IMG/VR virus record: IMGVR_UViG_3300002307_000108
Span: 1-39,637 of that record
From: a virus
Taxonomy: Duplodnaviria; Caudoviricetes
Direction: 5' to 3' (one strand)
Length of the DNA stretch: 39,637 nt
Shown: one piece after another, positions 1 through 8,929 of the stretch
Layout of the letters: every line of letters starts with the position of its first letter
Position numbering within the stretch: the first letter of the stretch is position 1
Translations under genes and position numbers: made by a program
Notes under the pieces: model-generated
Told to the model about the DNA's origin: nothing
The model's input: only the letters and a program-made list of their open reading frames with translations
Database searches by the model: none

Positions 1-28
1 CCCCCCCCCCACATGGAGCCCACCTGTC

Positions 29-1411
29 ATGTCAGTTTTTGCCCGGGACATTGCGATTGTCCCTCTTGGACTTATCAAGATCAATCGTGATGCTCGACAG
101 CGACGCGAGGTTGATCCGACTGATCTCTTACCCTCAATTGCCCAGCGGGGGATTATGAATCCACTCATCGTGGACCCTGATTTCAACCTCATTGCCGGGG
201 AACGTCGTTACGCAGCGGCAACACAACTCGGCCTTGCCGAGGTTCCCGTTCGCATGACCACAGGACTCGCTCCCGCAGAACTCCAGATTATAGAATTGGA
301 AGAGAATCTCAAACGCGAGCAACTTGATTGGAAAGATACCGCTCGTGCGGCCCTTCGCATTCACAATATCTATCGGGAAAATTCTCCCGGGCACACGCAG
401 AGTCAAACTGCCGAGATGATAGGAGTGAAAGACAATTGGATGATGATGCAGTTGTCGATTGCGAGAGAACTAGACAAGCCGGATAATCCAATTGTGAAAT
501 GCACTGGGACGCGAGAGGCCTACAATGTTATTGTGAGGAAGCAGGAGCGTGAGCGCGCTGGGGCCTTTCAAGAGATGATTGATGATGTCAAACTCTCCGA
601 AGAGGACATCATGCAGCACTATGAAGCTGAATTGCTTGGGGTAGATAATAATGCGTCGAGGGATATCGTAGCCGCCACGGTTATCAAACCTGCAACAAAA
701 CCTGATCCTCAAGAGGAAGTGATACTGAATGTCTCGTTTCTTGAGTGGGCCCCAAAGTACAACGGACTGACGTTTAATTTCATCCATTTTGATCCTCCGT
801 ATGGTATCGATTTTGCAGCAGGCCCTCAAGGTCGCGGATCAGACGGCAGTGCGATTTACTCGGATTCCCCCGAGGTATTCGATGCCATCATGCATTGCTT
901 CTGTTCCAACATTGATCGTTTGATGGCTAAGAGTGGTCATGTGATGCTCTGGTACGGGGAAAAGAATCGTAAGAGAATGTTCGAGATCATCGAGCAGTAC
1001 GATACTAAGATCTCGTGGCAAACGCATCCTCTCATTTGGCTGAAATCGGATAACGCAGGGATTTCCCCTGACGCTTCGCGCCTTCCAAGGCATGTTTATG
1101 AAACGGCACTCGTAGGAGTTCGCGGGGACCACAAAATTGTGAAGGTCAAAGCTGACGCATATGCTTCGTCTTCCGACCGTCGTTTACACCCCTCGACCAA
1201 ACCTGAGCCAATGTTGCGGCATTTTTTCGAGATGTTTGTTGATGAACACAGCAGAGTGCTGGACCCCACCTGCGGCAGCGGGGCAGCGTTGCGTGCGGCG
1301 GACTCACTTCGTGCGAAGGCCATCTTGGGCTTGGAAGTTGACCCACTGTATTTTGCTCCTGCGAAAGCAGAGTTTGTCAAAAGCAGAGTACTGCGGAACA
1401 TTGAAATCTAA
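29..1411 (+). CDS. ParB/Srx-like N-terminal domain fused to a beta-class DNA amino-methyltransferase (m6A/m4C)
   Basis: N-terminal SIAQRGIMNPLIV...LIAGERRYAA...ELEENLKRE (ParB/Srx signature). C-terminal motif IV FDPPYG precedes HPSTKP and SAM-binding motif I VLDPTCGSG (beta order). GGAG lies upstream of the ATG. Confidence 0.9.
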   Translation: MSVFARDIAIVPLGLIKINRDARQRREVDPTDLLPSIAQRGIMNPLIVDPDFNLIAGERRYAAATQLGLAEVPVRMTTGLAPAELQIIELEENLKREQLDWKDTARAALRIHNIYRENSPGHTQSQTAEMIGVKDNWMMMQLSIARELDKPDNPIVKCTGTREAYNVIVRKQERERAGAFQEMIDDVKLSEEDIMQHYEAELLGVDNNASRDIVAATVIKPATKPDPQEEVILNVSFLEWAPKYNGLTFNFIHFDPPYGIDFAAGPQGRGSDGSAIYSDSPEVFDAIMHCFCSNIDRLMAKSGHVMLWYGEKNRKRMFEIIEQYDTKISWQTHPLIWLKSDNAGISPDASRLPRHVYETALVGVRGDHKIVKVKADAYASSSDRRLHPSTKPEPMLRHFFEMFVDEHSRVLDPTCGSGAALRAADSLRAKAILGLEVDPLYFAPAKAEFVKSRVLRNIEI

Positions 1412-1424
1412 TCGAGGCACCGCC

Positions 1425-1631
1425 ATGATAATGCAATGTTCATCGTGTCAATTTTGCTCCGAGTCAAAAGGTGTCTACACCTGTCGAAGAAGCGGTCCCA
1501 CAGTGTTTCTCACCGGGGCGATGACAAATGCCCCGGGAGATATCTCACACATTCAGACGATTTCCGCATGGGCAGCGGTAAAACCTGATGACTGGTGCGG
1601 GGAGTTCTCATGCAAGGAGACTTTGCAATGA
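1425..1631 (+). CDS. Small Cys-rich protein (68 aa; CxxCxxC...CRRxxP...DDWCGEF), probable metal-binding phage protein
   Basis: GAGG at 1414-1417 then ATG 1425. The stop overlaps the next start (ATGA 1628-1631). It is the C-terminal part of track ORF 1161..1631. Confidence 0.75.
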   Translation: MIMQCSSCQFCSESKGVYTCRRSGPTVFLTGAMTNAPGDISHIQTISAWAAVKPDDWCGEFSCKETLQ

Positions 1632-2824
1632 ACGAGGGCGGGCAGGGCTCGGCCGGGCGGGGCTCGGCCGGGCGTCCTCGACCATTTGCGTACTCCAGCG
1701 GCCCACATCGCGCCAAAGTAGTCATTGTTGGTGAGGCGTGGGGTGAAACCGAGGCAGAATATCAAAGACCATTTTGCGGGGCCTCTGGAAAAGAACTTTG
1801 GAGAATGCTGGGTGAAGCCACGCTTGGTGGGGAACTCCATGCAAAGGCTCTCCACGCGGTGCATAATACAAAAGAGTTCCTCTCCCGTCGAGAAGCATGG
1901 CTTGAAGCCAATGAAGTGTTGATCACCAACACGTTTGCCCTGCATCCGCAAGGAGGCAAGATTGAAACCTTGTGCCATCCCGCAAACGCTCGCGGTTCTG
2001 GGTATCCTTGGCCTCAACTGAGCACGGGCAATTACATTGATCAAAAATACGCAGGGGAAATCTCCCGTCTTCACGAGGAGATCCTTCACGCTGAACCGAA
2101 TCTGATTATCTGCCTCGGCAATGTCGCATCTTGGGCAGTAACGCAAAAAACCACCATTTCGGCACTCCGTGGGAACACATTGTTGAGTGTTCCCATGGGG
2201 CCACAGGAGCGTCAATTCAAAACCATCATCACGTATCATCCCTCGGCGATTTTACAAAATTGGTCTTTTCGGACGATTGCTCTCGCGGATTTGATCAAGG
2301 CATGGAGAGATCGGCAATTTTCCGAAATCCGCCGCCCACAGCGGGCGATTATCATCAATCCCCAGTTAGGCGAGATCATCCGCTGGGTTGATGAGACTTT
2401 GGCCGGAGCAAAGCATTGGCCAATTCTCGCACCGGATATTGAGACCTCAAATGGCCAAATCACCTGTATTGGTTTCGCACGGTCGCCGGGTGAGGCCATT
2501 GTCATTCCTTTTTGGCACAAAGGACGCCCAGGGTGGAATTATTGGGGGAGCATGACCGAGGAGCTCTGTGCGTGGGGAGAGGTCGAACGTCTGCTTCGTG
2601 GCCCTCAGGTCAAAGTTTTCCAAAATGGCCTTTATGACCTCCAATACATCACCCGCATGGGAATTGTCCCTCAGGGGTGTTTAGAAGACACTATGCTCTT
2701 GCATCATTCGCTTTTGCCTGAGATGCAAAAAGGCCTTGGCTTCCTTGGTTCGATCTACACCGACGAGTCGTCATGGAAATTGATGCGTCAGAGGAAAACA
2801 GATACCGAAAAACACGATGAATGA
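1628..2824 (+). CDS. DNA polymerase A, N-terminal subunit: family-4-like uracil-DNA glycosylase domain + 3'-5' exonuclease motifs I and II
   Basis: AAGGAG then ATG 1628. UDG motif A VVIVGEAWGETE...RPFCGASG, ITN, motif B TYHPSAIL. ExoI APDIET, ExoII FQNGLYDL, and EDTML. No ExoIII before the stop. Confidence 0.88.
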   Translation: MNEGGQGSAGRGSAGRPRPFAYSSGPHRAKVVIVGEAWGETEAEYQRPFCGASGKELWRMLGEATLGGELHAKALHAVHNTKEFLSRREAWLEANEVLITNTFALHPQGGKIETLCHPANARGSGYPWPQLSTGNYIDQKYAGEISRLHEEILHAEPNLIICLGNVASWAVTQKTTISALRGNTLLSVPMGPQERQFKTIITYHPSAILQNWSFRTIALADLIKAWRDRQFSEIRRPQRAIIINPQLGEIIRWVDETLAGAKHWPILAPDIETSNGQITCIGFARSPGEAIVIPFWHKGRPGWNYWGSMTEELCAWGEVERLLRGPQVKVFQNGLYDLQYITRMGIVPQGCLEDTMLLHHSLLPEMQKGLGFLGSIYTDESSWKLMRQRKTDTEKHDE

Positions 2825-2833
2825 GGGGACAAC

Positions 2834-3082
2834 ATGACCGATAAAAGAGCGGGGCGGAGATTGGCCTCAGAAAACTACCACGCGGTGCTTGAGATGCCTC
2901 AGGGTTGTCATTACCTTGATATCACCGTTGCGCGGGATGAGCACGGGGTACCGCGAGAGGTTGCATTTACCGGAAGGGGCAAAATCGGGCATGGGCTGGA
3001 TCAAATCCTACTCGACCTTGGCATCTTTGTTTCCCGGGCCATTCAGGGGCGCGATCCTAACACTGGCGAGGAGATCCTTTAA
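2834..3082 (+). CDS. Small protein resembling the C-terminal TSCPD-type domain of class II ribonucleotide reductase
   Basis: GAGG RBS. Pattern YLDITVARDEHGVPREVAF...GKIGHGLDQILLDLGIFVSRAIQ resembles the NrdJ C-terminal domain (recalled, not searched). Its TAA overlaps the polymerase ATG (TAATG). Confidence 0.6.
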   Translation: MTDKRAGRRLASENYHAVLEMPQGCHYLDITVARDEHGVPREVAFTGRGKIGHGLDQILLDLGIFVSRAIQGRDPNTGEEIL

Positions 3083-4638
3083 TGCCGACAATTCACACCG
3101 AGGTATTGGGAAATCACAGCCAAACCGCACATGATTCGTATCAGACCTATTGCGGGCTTGATACCTGTTTGACTCATGAGATCCTCGGGACGATCAAGAG
3201 CACCTACGCGGATCGGCTCGCAGCTCCGATTGGCCCGGGGCTCATCTATCGTTTCGAGCGCGCGTTGCAGGGTCCTTATCTTGACATCATGCAGAGGGGG
3301 TTCAAGGTCGATGATCTCACTCGACGCTCTGCGGCGATCCAACTCCGTGCCCAGCGCGATGCCATTCAGCGTGACCTTGACTCCTTTGCCGAGGTCATAT
3401 GGGACAAAGGTCTCAACCCACGTTCTCCCTTGCAACTCAAGCAATTTTTCTACGAGGTGATGAGGTTTCCCGAGGTCTGGATTTCACGTAAGGGCCAGCG
3501 GAAACTCTCGACCGACCGCGAGGCCCTGGAAAAACTCGAACAATACCTCCATGCAAGGCCTTTCGTGCAATGTATTCTCGCAATACGCGATCTGGGTAAG
3601 CAACTGGAGGTCTTCGAGACCGGTATTGACAGTGATGGTCGTTTTCGCGCTGGATACAACATCGCGGGAACCGAAACGGGACGACCCTCGTCGAGCGCAA
3701 ATGCGTTTGGCACAGCGGGAAATGCACTCAACATCCCCGCCAACCTTCGTCATGTGATGATCGCGGATGAAGGGATGAAAATGTGTGTGATTGATCTCGA
3801 GCAGGTAGAGGCGCGTGATGTCGGATTTTTCATTGGATGCCTTTTTGGTGACTGGAAATTTCTGGATAACTGTGAATCTGGAGACCTACACACGAATAAC
3901 GCCAAACTTATCTGGCCAGAGTTGCCGTGGACTGGGGATAAGAGCGGAGATCGTAAAATCGCTGATCAGATCTACTATCGCGAAATGTCCTATCGAGATC
4001 TGGCCAAACGTGGATCTCATCTCAGTAATTATTCCGGCACCGCCTGGACCGCTGCACGTTCTCTTAAAACCCCGCTCCCGATACTTGAAGAGTTTCAAGC
4101 ACGTTACTGTCGAGGGCGCTATGGGCATAAGACCCTGCCGGATATTGATCCCGCCTTCCCGGGAATCCCTCGATATTGGCAGTGGGTTGCCGGGGAACTC
4201 CAGCTTCGACAAAAGTTGATAACTCCTTTTGGCCGAGAAAGACACTTTTTCGGCCGACCCAACGATGATGCTACGCTCCGCGAGGCAATCGCATTTTTGC
4301 CCCAAAGTACAACAGCCGAAAGGATGAACCTCGGCCTTTGGCGAGTTTGGCATAATATGCCAGAGGTGGAACTCCTTGCCCAAACATATGATTCGATAAC
4401 ATTTCAGTACGACGCTCAAAGGGAGACCCAGGTGGTTCCAAGAGCTCTCGAACTCATTCGAGTGGAATTGCAATCCCACTGCGGACGGCGCTATGTGGTT
4501 CCGGGGGAGGCCAAAGTTGGCTGGAATTGGGGACCGCAGAGTGCAAGCAATCCCTATGGCCTTGCTAAGTGGAAAGAAAGTTCCCCGGATCAGCGAAAAG
4601 CGCCCGAGCGAGGCATTCATCGACTCATTGTGGGGTAA
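3082..4638 (+). CDS. DNA polymerase A, catalytic subunit (ExoIII + thumb/palm/fingers)
   Basis: YCGLD (ExoIII YxxxD) near the N-terminus, NPRSPLQL, GTETGRPSS, motif A IDLEQVEAR, motif B RDLAKRGSHLSNY, TPFGRER, motif C QTYDS. Confidence 0.93.
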   Translation: MPTIHTEVLGNHSQTAHDSYQTYCGLDTCLTHEILGTIKSTYADRLAAPIGPGLIYRFERALQGPYLDIMQRGFKVDDLTRRSAAIQLRAQRDAIQRDLDSFAEVIWDKGLNPRSPLQLKQFFYEVMRFPEVWISRKGQRKLSTDREALEKLEQYLHARPFVQCILAIRDLGKQLEVFETGIDSDGRFRAGYNIAGTETGRPSSSANAFGTAGNALNIPANLRHVMIADEGMKMCVIDLEQVEARDVGFFIGCLFGDWKFLDNCESGDLHTNNAKLIWPELPWTGDKSGDRKIADQIYYREMSYRDLAKRGSHLSNYSGTAWTAARSLKTPLPILEEFQARYCRGRYGHKTLPDIDPAFPGIPRYWQWVAGELQLRQKLITPFGRERHFFGRPNDDATLREAIAFLPQSTTAERMNLGLWRVWHNMPEVELLAQTYDSITFQYDAQRETQVVPRALELIRVELQSHCGRRYVVPGEAKVGWNWGPQSASNPYGLAKWKESSPDQRKAPERGIHRLIVG

Positions 4639-4689
4639 GGGCACTTTCATTGGCACTTGCCTCAAACATGGTAAGGAGGACACTCTGTT

Positions 4690-5940
4690 GTGTCTGATTT
4701 AAGCAGTGATTTTATCAGCGATTTCATGGATTATAGCGAAAATTTGCTCTCTCCAGCGATCTACCGCAGGTGGAGTGCAATCTGCTGTGTTGCGGGGGCA
4801 CTCGAGCGCCGGTGTTGGGCCGCGACCGATCAGGGAGCACTTTTTCCCAACCTTTATGTGCTCCTTGTCGGTCCACCGGGCACTGGAAAGTTTATCATCG
4901 AGGAAGTCCGAGGGCTATGGACGGATGCAAAGGAGCCGGGGACGCTCGCTCCTGCGTTCCACGTCGCGCCAGATAGCATGACCAAAGCTGCACTTATTGA
5001 TGAGTTGCAGGAGAGCAAATCCGTTCGGGTACTGTCGAATGGCCAGCAGCTAATCTATCACTCTCTGCTCATCGCGGCCGAGGAGTTCTCTATCTTCATG
5101 TCGTCGTATGACATGGAGTTCGTTGGGGTGCTCAATGGTATCTGGAACAATCGGACTGAGCATAAGGAGAAACGACGGCACGGGCCGAAGCGTGAGGTCT
5201 CGATTCCCTACCCGCAATTGAATCTCCTCGGTGGTGTTCAACCAGCGTTTTTGGGCGAGCTTCTTCCAGAAAACGCTTGGGCAACCGGTCTTGCCAGACG
5301 GACCATAATGGTTTACTCGAACGAGGTCAAACTCGTCCCGCTGTTTGGGGGCAAGCAGAGTGATTCGGCTAAACGCCAGAAACTTCTTGGACGCCTCGGC
5401 GCGCTATCACGTCTCTGGGGGCAATTCCAATTCACTCCCGAGGCCATTGGTCATCTTGGCGATTGGCACATGGCAGGAGGCAAACCTGTGCCAACACATT
5501 CACGACTTGAGGGGTATGTAAAATCCCGCACGGTATCGGTGATTAAACTCGCGCTTGTGTCAAGCGCGTCTCGTGGGGACTCAAAAATCATCGACCAGAT
5601 TGATATTGTCCGGGCGCTTGAGTGGTTGTTTGAAGCTGAACGTTTCATGCCGGATATTTTCCGGGATATGAAGGGAAATTCTGATGCGGTAGTGCTGGAG
5701 GAATTGCATTACTTCCTTTCCCAGGCATATTCGATGCCTAAGAACCGCAATTCTGCTGGAGCGCCGAAACCACTGAGCGGAGATCTCATTTGGAAATTTC
5801 TTTCCGACAAGATACCTTCGCAGAAAATTGAGATGATAATTTTGACCGCTGAGCGTTCGGGGATGATTGCAAGGGCAGCAGGGTTGGAAGGGTACTGGGT
5901 GCCGAAGCCCAAACCGCTTATGGGGTTCGGGGTGGAATGA
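4690..5940 (+). CDS. DUF3987/YfjI-like P-loop ATPase, putative replicative helicase
   Basis: AGGAGG RBS with GTG start. Walker A LLVGPPGTGK, Walker B LLIAAEEF, and LNLLGGVQP / GLARR motifs. Lies directly after the polymerase. Confidence 0.72.
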   Translation: MSDLSSDFISDFMDYSENLLSPAIYRRWSAICCVAGALERRCWAATDQGALFPNLYVLLVGPPGTGKFIIEEVRGLWTDAKEPGTLAPAFHVAPDSMTKAALIDELQESKSVRVLSNGQQLIYHSLLIAAEEFSIFMSSYDMEFVGVLNGIWNNRTEHKEKRRHGPKREVSIPYPQLNLLGGVQPAFLGELLPENAWATGLARRTIMVYSNEVKLVPLFGGKQSDSAKRQKLLGRLGALSRLWGQFQFTPEAIGHLGDWHMAGGKPVPTHSRLEGYVKSRTVSVIKLALVSSASRGDSKIIDQIDIVRALEWLFEAERFMPDIFRDMKGNSDAVVLEELHYFLSQAYSMPKNRNSAGAPKPLSGDLIWKFLSDKIPSQKIEMIILTAERSGMIARAAGLEGYWVPKPKPLMGFGVE

Positions 5941-6011
5941 TGCGGGATGGTGGTGGTGGTGGTGGCGTTCAACGGGCACTAGGCGCGATGTTCAATGGTG
6001 GCATGTGGGTA

Positions 6012-6039
6012 TGGAAGGGTGTCCAATAACACCCTTCCA
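6012..6039. terminator. Perfect 11-bp stem-loop between convergent early and late transcription units (likely bidirectional terminator)
   Basis: TGGAAGGGTGT-ccaata-ACACCCTTCCA between stops at 5940 (+) and 6081 (-). No U-tract. Confidence 0.6.
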
Positions 6040-6047
6040 CAACGCCA

Positions 6048-6081
6048 ACCCACGTTGTGACAATCACACGCTGCCCACGAT
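6048..6081 (-). repeat. Dispersed 34-bp element, copy 1 (reverse orientation)
   Basis: Reverse complement reads ATCGTGGGC agcg TGTGA ttg TCACA acgtgggt. Confidence 0.85.
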
Positions 6082-8903
6082 CAATGACACTGGTAATAAA
6101 GAGTTCCCGTGAGTGAGGGGAATGTGAAGGTCACAGCGGTGGTGCTTACCGCGCTGACATACGGGGGTGTGGCAAGAGACACGCTTGGCGTTGCACTACA
6201 CGATGGGATGTACTGCCATGACCCGGCTGAGAGCGTGTTGCTTGCAGTGGTCCCAAATGTCAGCGTCACACTCGTTGCCGCAGCTAGACCAGTGATTGCA
6301 CCATGCTGGTCGTCGGATGAATAACTTGCGGTATCTACCGTGCCGGTGGATGCCGTTGGTGTGGGGCCAAAAGAATAATATCGGGAGTGAAAATTCCACG
6401 CCCCGGAACCGATATATAGATCCGCACTGTCTAGACCCGCAAGGGTTGTTGCTGCGGTCGTGCCAAAAGCAAGCTTGCGATCTGTGCCGATGGTGGCAAC
6501 ACCACTATCAGCCGTGCTGCCCACATCTGCATGGGAAAACCCTGACGCTGTTGCAACAATTGTCGTGCTGTTCGTTCCGGCTTGGGCGGTCCAGACGGGG
6601 GATGAAGTGCCGGGGGTGTAGTTTAGATAAGTCCCAGTGGTAAGACCGCTGATGTAAAACACCGACCCAGAAGAAATCGGCTTGAGGCTGCTGTTGGAAA
6701 CAGTAAGCGTCAATGTATTGCTTGTCAGAGAAAAGTTCGTTATTGGCGCAGTATAAAGGCTGGTTGAGTAGCTGGGCGAAAAATATGAAATTCCGGCGTT
6801 GTTTCCGGAAAAACTCGTATTGGAGGTAGCGCCCCAGTAACTGGTGAAATTGTACGCGGGGAGCGTAGACCCATCCACGCCCGTGTTGTAAATTATACTA
6901 CCAGTATGCGTAAACGGGTTGTTGACCTTCAAAAACGACGTGCTGGTGCTGGTTAGGCCGTTTTGCTCACACGGCGAGCCCACGTTTGTATCTGCGTAAG
7001 GGATAGAGCTTCCGCTACCGGACCCATTATTCGCGGCTCCGATGCGGGGGGTTTGGATACAGATTGTTCCCGCACCACCAGAAGGATTTGTCGTACCCGC
7101 TGTGTAGACCCAGGAGTTTGTCCACGCGCTAGTTCCGCTGTTGAAAAAGAGAAAAATGTCCTTCAGAATCGTCGAGCCAGAAGGCGAGTACGAGTTAAAG
7201 AGCCCGTAAGAGTATGGGTGAAGTACCCCTGTGTCACTGCCCGAAATCGCACCAGCAGGAGTGATACCACTGCCTGTTATAGTGGACGAAGTAAAACTCG
7301 TCACCTTCATGATCTGAGTATTGAGCGATACCGCACCGCTAGAAAACCCGGCGATCTTATAATACTGTCCGATGAAAACATTTGTTGTACTCGACACGGT
7401 AAGCGTGACATTCCCGCTACCGTCCGTCGAATATGCAGTAATGTTTGGCGCGGGTTGTGCCATTGCAATCGACCCGCCAAGCATCCGTATTGCGGTTCCA
7501 TAACCATAGCCAGCAAAATCCGCGAAAGGACTCTTATATTGTTCAAGATGCACGCTGTTAAGCACTGTCTGAATGCCTGTGCCACACAGTGCGGCAGAGG
7601 TGTAGGGAATTGTTGCAGATGCGCCGGGGTTGGTGTTCCCGTTGTAGTCGAAAGAACCTTGACTGAACGTAAACTCCATATTTATGTCCTGGGAGTAATA
7701 TCCGCAGTCAATGTTGTTGTAGATGTCAAAATTTGACACCCTGAAAAGTTCACCAGAGTTGTAAACACCAGATGTGGCATCGTAGACAGTGCTATTCGTT
7801 TCCGGCGTTGAGGGGTAATCAGCATGAGTTATGTTGGCGGTGAAATGAGTTGCATCGGTAACGCTGGCGATAGTCAGCGGAATGGTGTTCAAGAATGTTG
7901 CGCTTGTCGCGAGAAAATTAACCACATCGCCGACATTGAATTGCGCCGAGCCGCTAATGGTTGCACCAGAGAGCGCGACACTTGGCGCGTTGGTTAGTTT
8001 GAACTGCGTTCCGCTGATGATTTGCGTAATCGTATCGCCCGTTGGGATCGTACCAGTGCCGGAGGTCACGGTCACTGTTTGACCAACAGCGAATCCTCCA
8101 GTGCCGGGAGTGTAGGTGACTGTAACGCCAGATGACGACGCGGCGGTGCCAGTGTTTGCCGTATTCGGAGCGGTTGCCCCTACGGTGGCAGTCAATACGC
8201 CACTGGTAATCGCGACGTTAGTCAAGGCTGTTGAGGTGGTGTTGGATTTAGGACTATACATTCCGTCGTAATTGCCGTGGGAGACAAAACCGTTAAATGT
8301 TACCGCAAAGGTATTATTGCCGTAATACACCCCCTTGTTAAACCCTGCCACCGAGACATTTGTGATAACTTTACTGACGACGGAAGAATTAGTCGGTGAA
8401 TAAACGCCGAGCGGATCGCCACCGAGGAATATCCCGACGTTGGTATTAGTGGCTGGCGTGCCTACGTTCGTATTAATGATGCAATTTGTCAACGGCTGCT
8501 GATTGCCTATATAGCTTCTGCTTCCGGTAATAACCACCGCAGCGCCACTAGTGCTTTGCCAATTGAGCTGAGCGCCTTGGCAGTCGAGTTGGGAATACTG
8601 CGGAAGTGAGATTTGAGTAGTCTGGCTGTACTGCCCACTTGATCCTGCTGTGGGGTCGATTGTGATTTTCACCGGAGTCTGGATTGTCCCACCGTTGCCA
8701 GCAGCAACAGCGGCATTGACCCACGCACCGATGTCGCTGCCCGAACACCAGCCAGGAGCATTGCCTGTCCCGCAAGAGGAGGCATTATACGCTCCCGCGA
8801 TGATAGTCGAAGGGGTTGAACTAGGATTTTGCATCTGCGCTTTGGCCCCAACAGGGGCCAGCACCAGTAGCGCGGCAAGCAGCACTTTCATAATCTTTGT
8901 CAT
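6081..8903 (-). CDS. Large Thr/Ser/Gly-rich beta-helix (tailspike/adhesin-like) protein with predicted Sec signal peptide
   Basis: AAGGAG at 8911-8916 supports ATG 8903. N-terminus MTKIMKVLLAALLVLAPVGAKA|Q. Pectin-lyase-like beta-helix strands (DIGAWVNAA, NVGIFLG, SFDYN) with inserted repeats. Confidence 0.75.
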   Translation of the reverse strand: MTKIMKVLLAALLVLAPVGAKAQMQNPSSTPSTIIAGAYNASSCGTGNAPGWCSGSDIGAWVNAAVAAGNGGTIQTPVKITIDPTAGSSGQYSQTTQISLPQYSQLDCQGAQLNWQSTSGAAVVITGSRSYIGNQQPLTNCIINTNVGTPATNTNVGIFLGGDPLGVYSPTNSSVVSKVITNVSVAGFNKGVYYGNNTFAVTFNGFVSHGNYDGMYSPKSNTTSTALTNVAITSGVLTATVGATAPNTANTGTAASSSGVTVTYTPGTGGFAVGQTVTVTSGTGTIPTGDTITQIISGTQFKLTNAPSVALSGATISGSAQFNVGDVVNFLATSATFLNTIPLTIASVTDATHFTANITHADYPSTPETNSTVYDATSGVYNSGELFRVSNFDIYNNIDCGYYSQDINMEFTFSQGSFDYNGNTNPGASATIPYTSAALCGTGIQTVLNSVHLEQYKSPFADFAGYGYGTAIRMLGGSIAMAQPAPNITAYSTDGSGNVTLTVSSTTNVFIGQYYKIAGFSSGAVSLNTQIMKVTSFTSSTITGSGITPAGAISGSDTGVLHPYSYGLFNSYSPSGSTILKDIFLFFNSGTSAWTNSWVYTAGTTNPSGGAGTICIQTPRIGAANNGSGSGSSIPYADTNVGSPCEQNGLTSTSTSFLKVNNPFTHTGSIIYNTGVDGSTLPAYNFTSYWGATSNTSFSGNNAGISYFSPSYSTSLYTAPITNFSLTSNTLTLTVSNSSLKPISSGSVFYISGLTTGTYLNYTPGTSSPVWTAQAGTNSTTIVATASGFSHADVGSTADSGVATIGTDRKLAFGTTAATTLAGLDSADLYIGSGAWNFHSRYYSFGPTPTASTGTVDTASYSSDDQHGAITGLAAATSVTLTFGTTASNTLSAGSWQYIPSCSATPSVSLATPPYVSAVSTTAVTFTFPSLTGTLYYQCH

Positions 8904-8929
8904 CTTTGATCTCCTTGGCAAAACAATCA

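Noticed and set aside
1645-1674. 15-bp tandem duplication GGGCTCGGCCGGGCG x2
   Set aside because: An in-frame slippage duplication (GSAGR x2) in a disordered N-terminus, with no evidence of function.
2825-3081. Group I intron or intein interrupting the polymerase
   Set aside because: The gap is filled by an ORF with no homing-endonuclease motif, there is no room for an intron core, there are no intein terminal residues, and both halves have their own translation signals.
5948-5965. (TGG)6 microsatellite as a phase-variation tract
   Set aside because: It is intergenic and downstream of both convergent genes, so it affects no reading frame or promoter that I can see.
8661-8673. TGTGA-ttt-TCACC as a sixth copy of the dispersed element
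   Set aside because: Imperfect core, inside a CDS, and lacking both CGTGG flanks.
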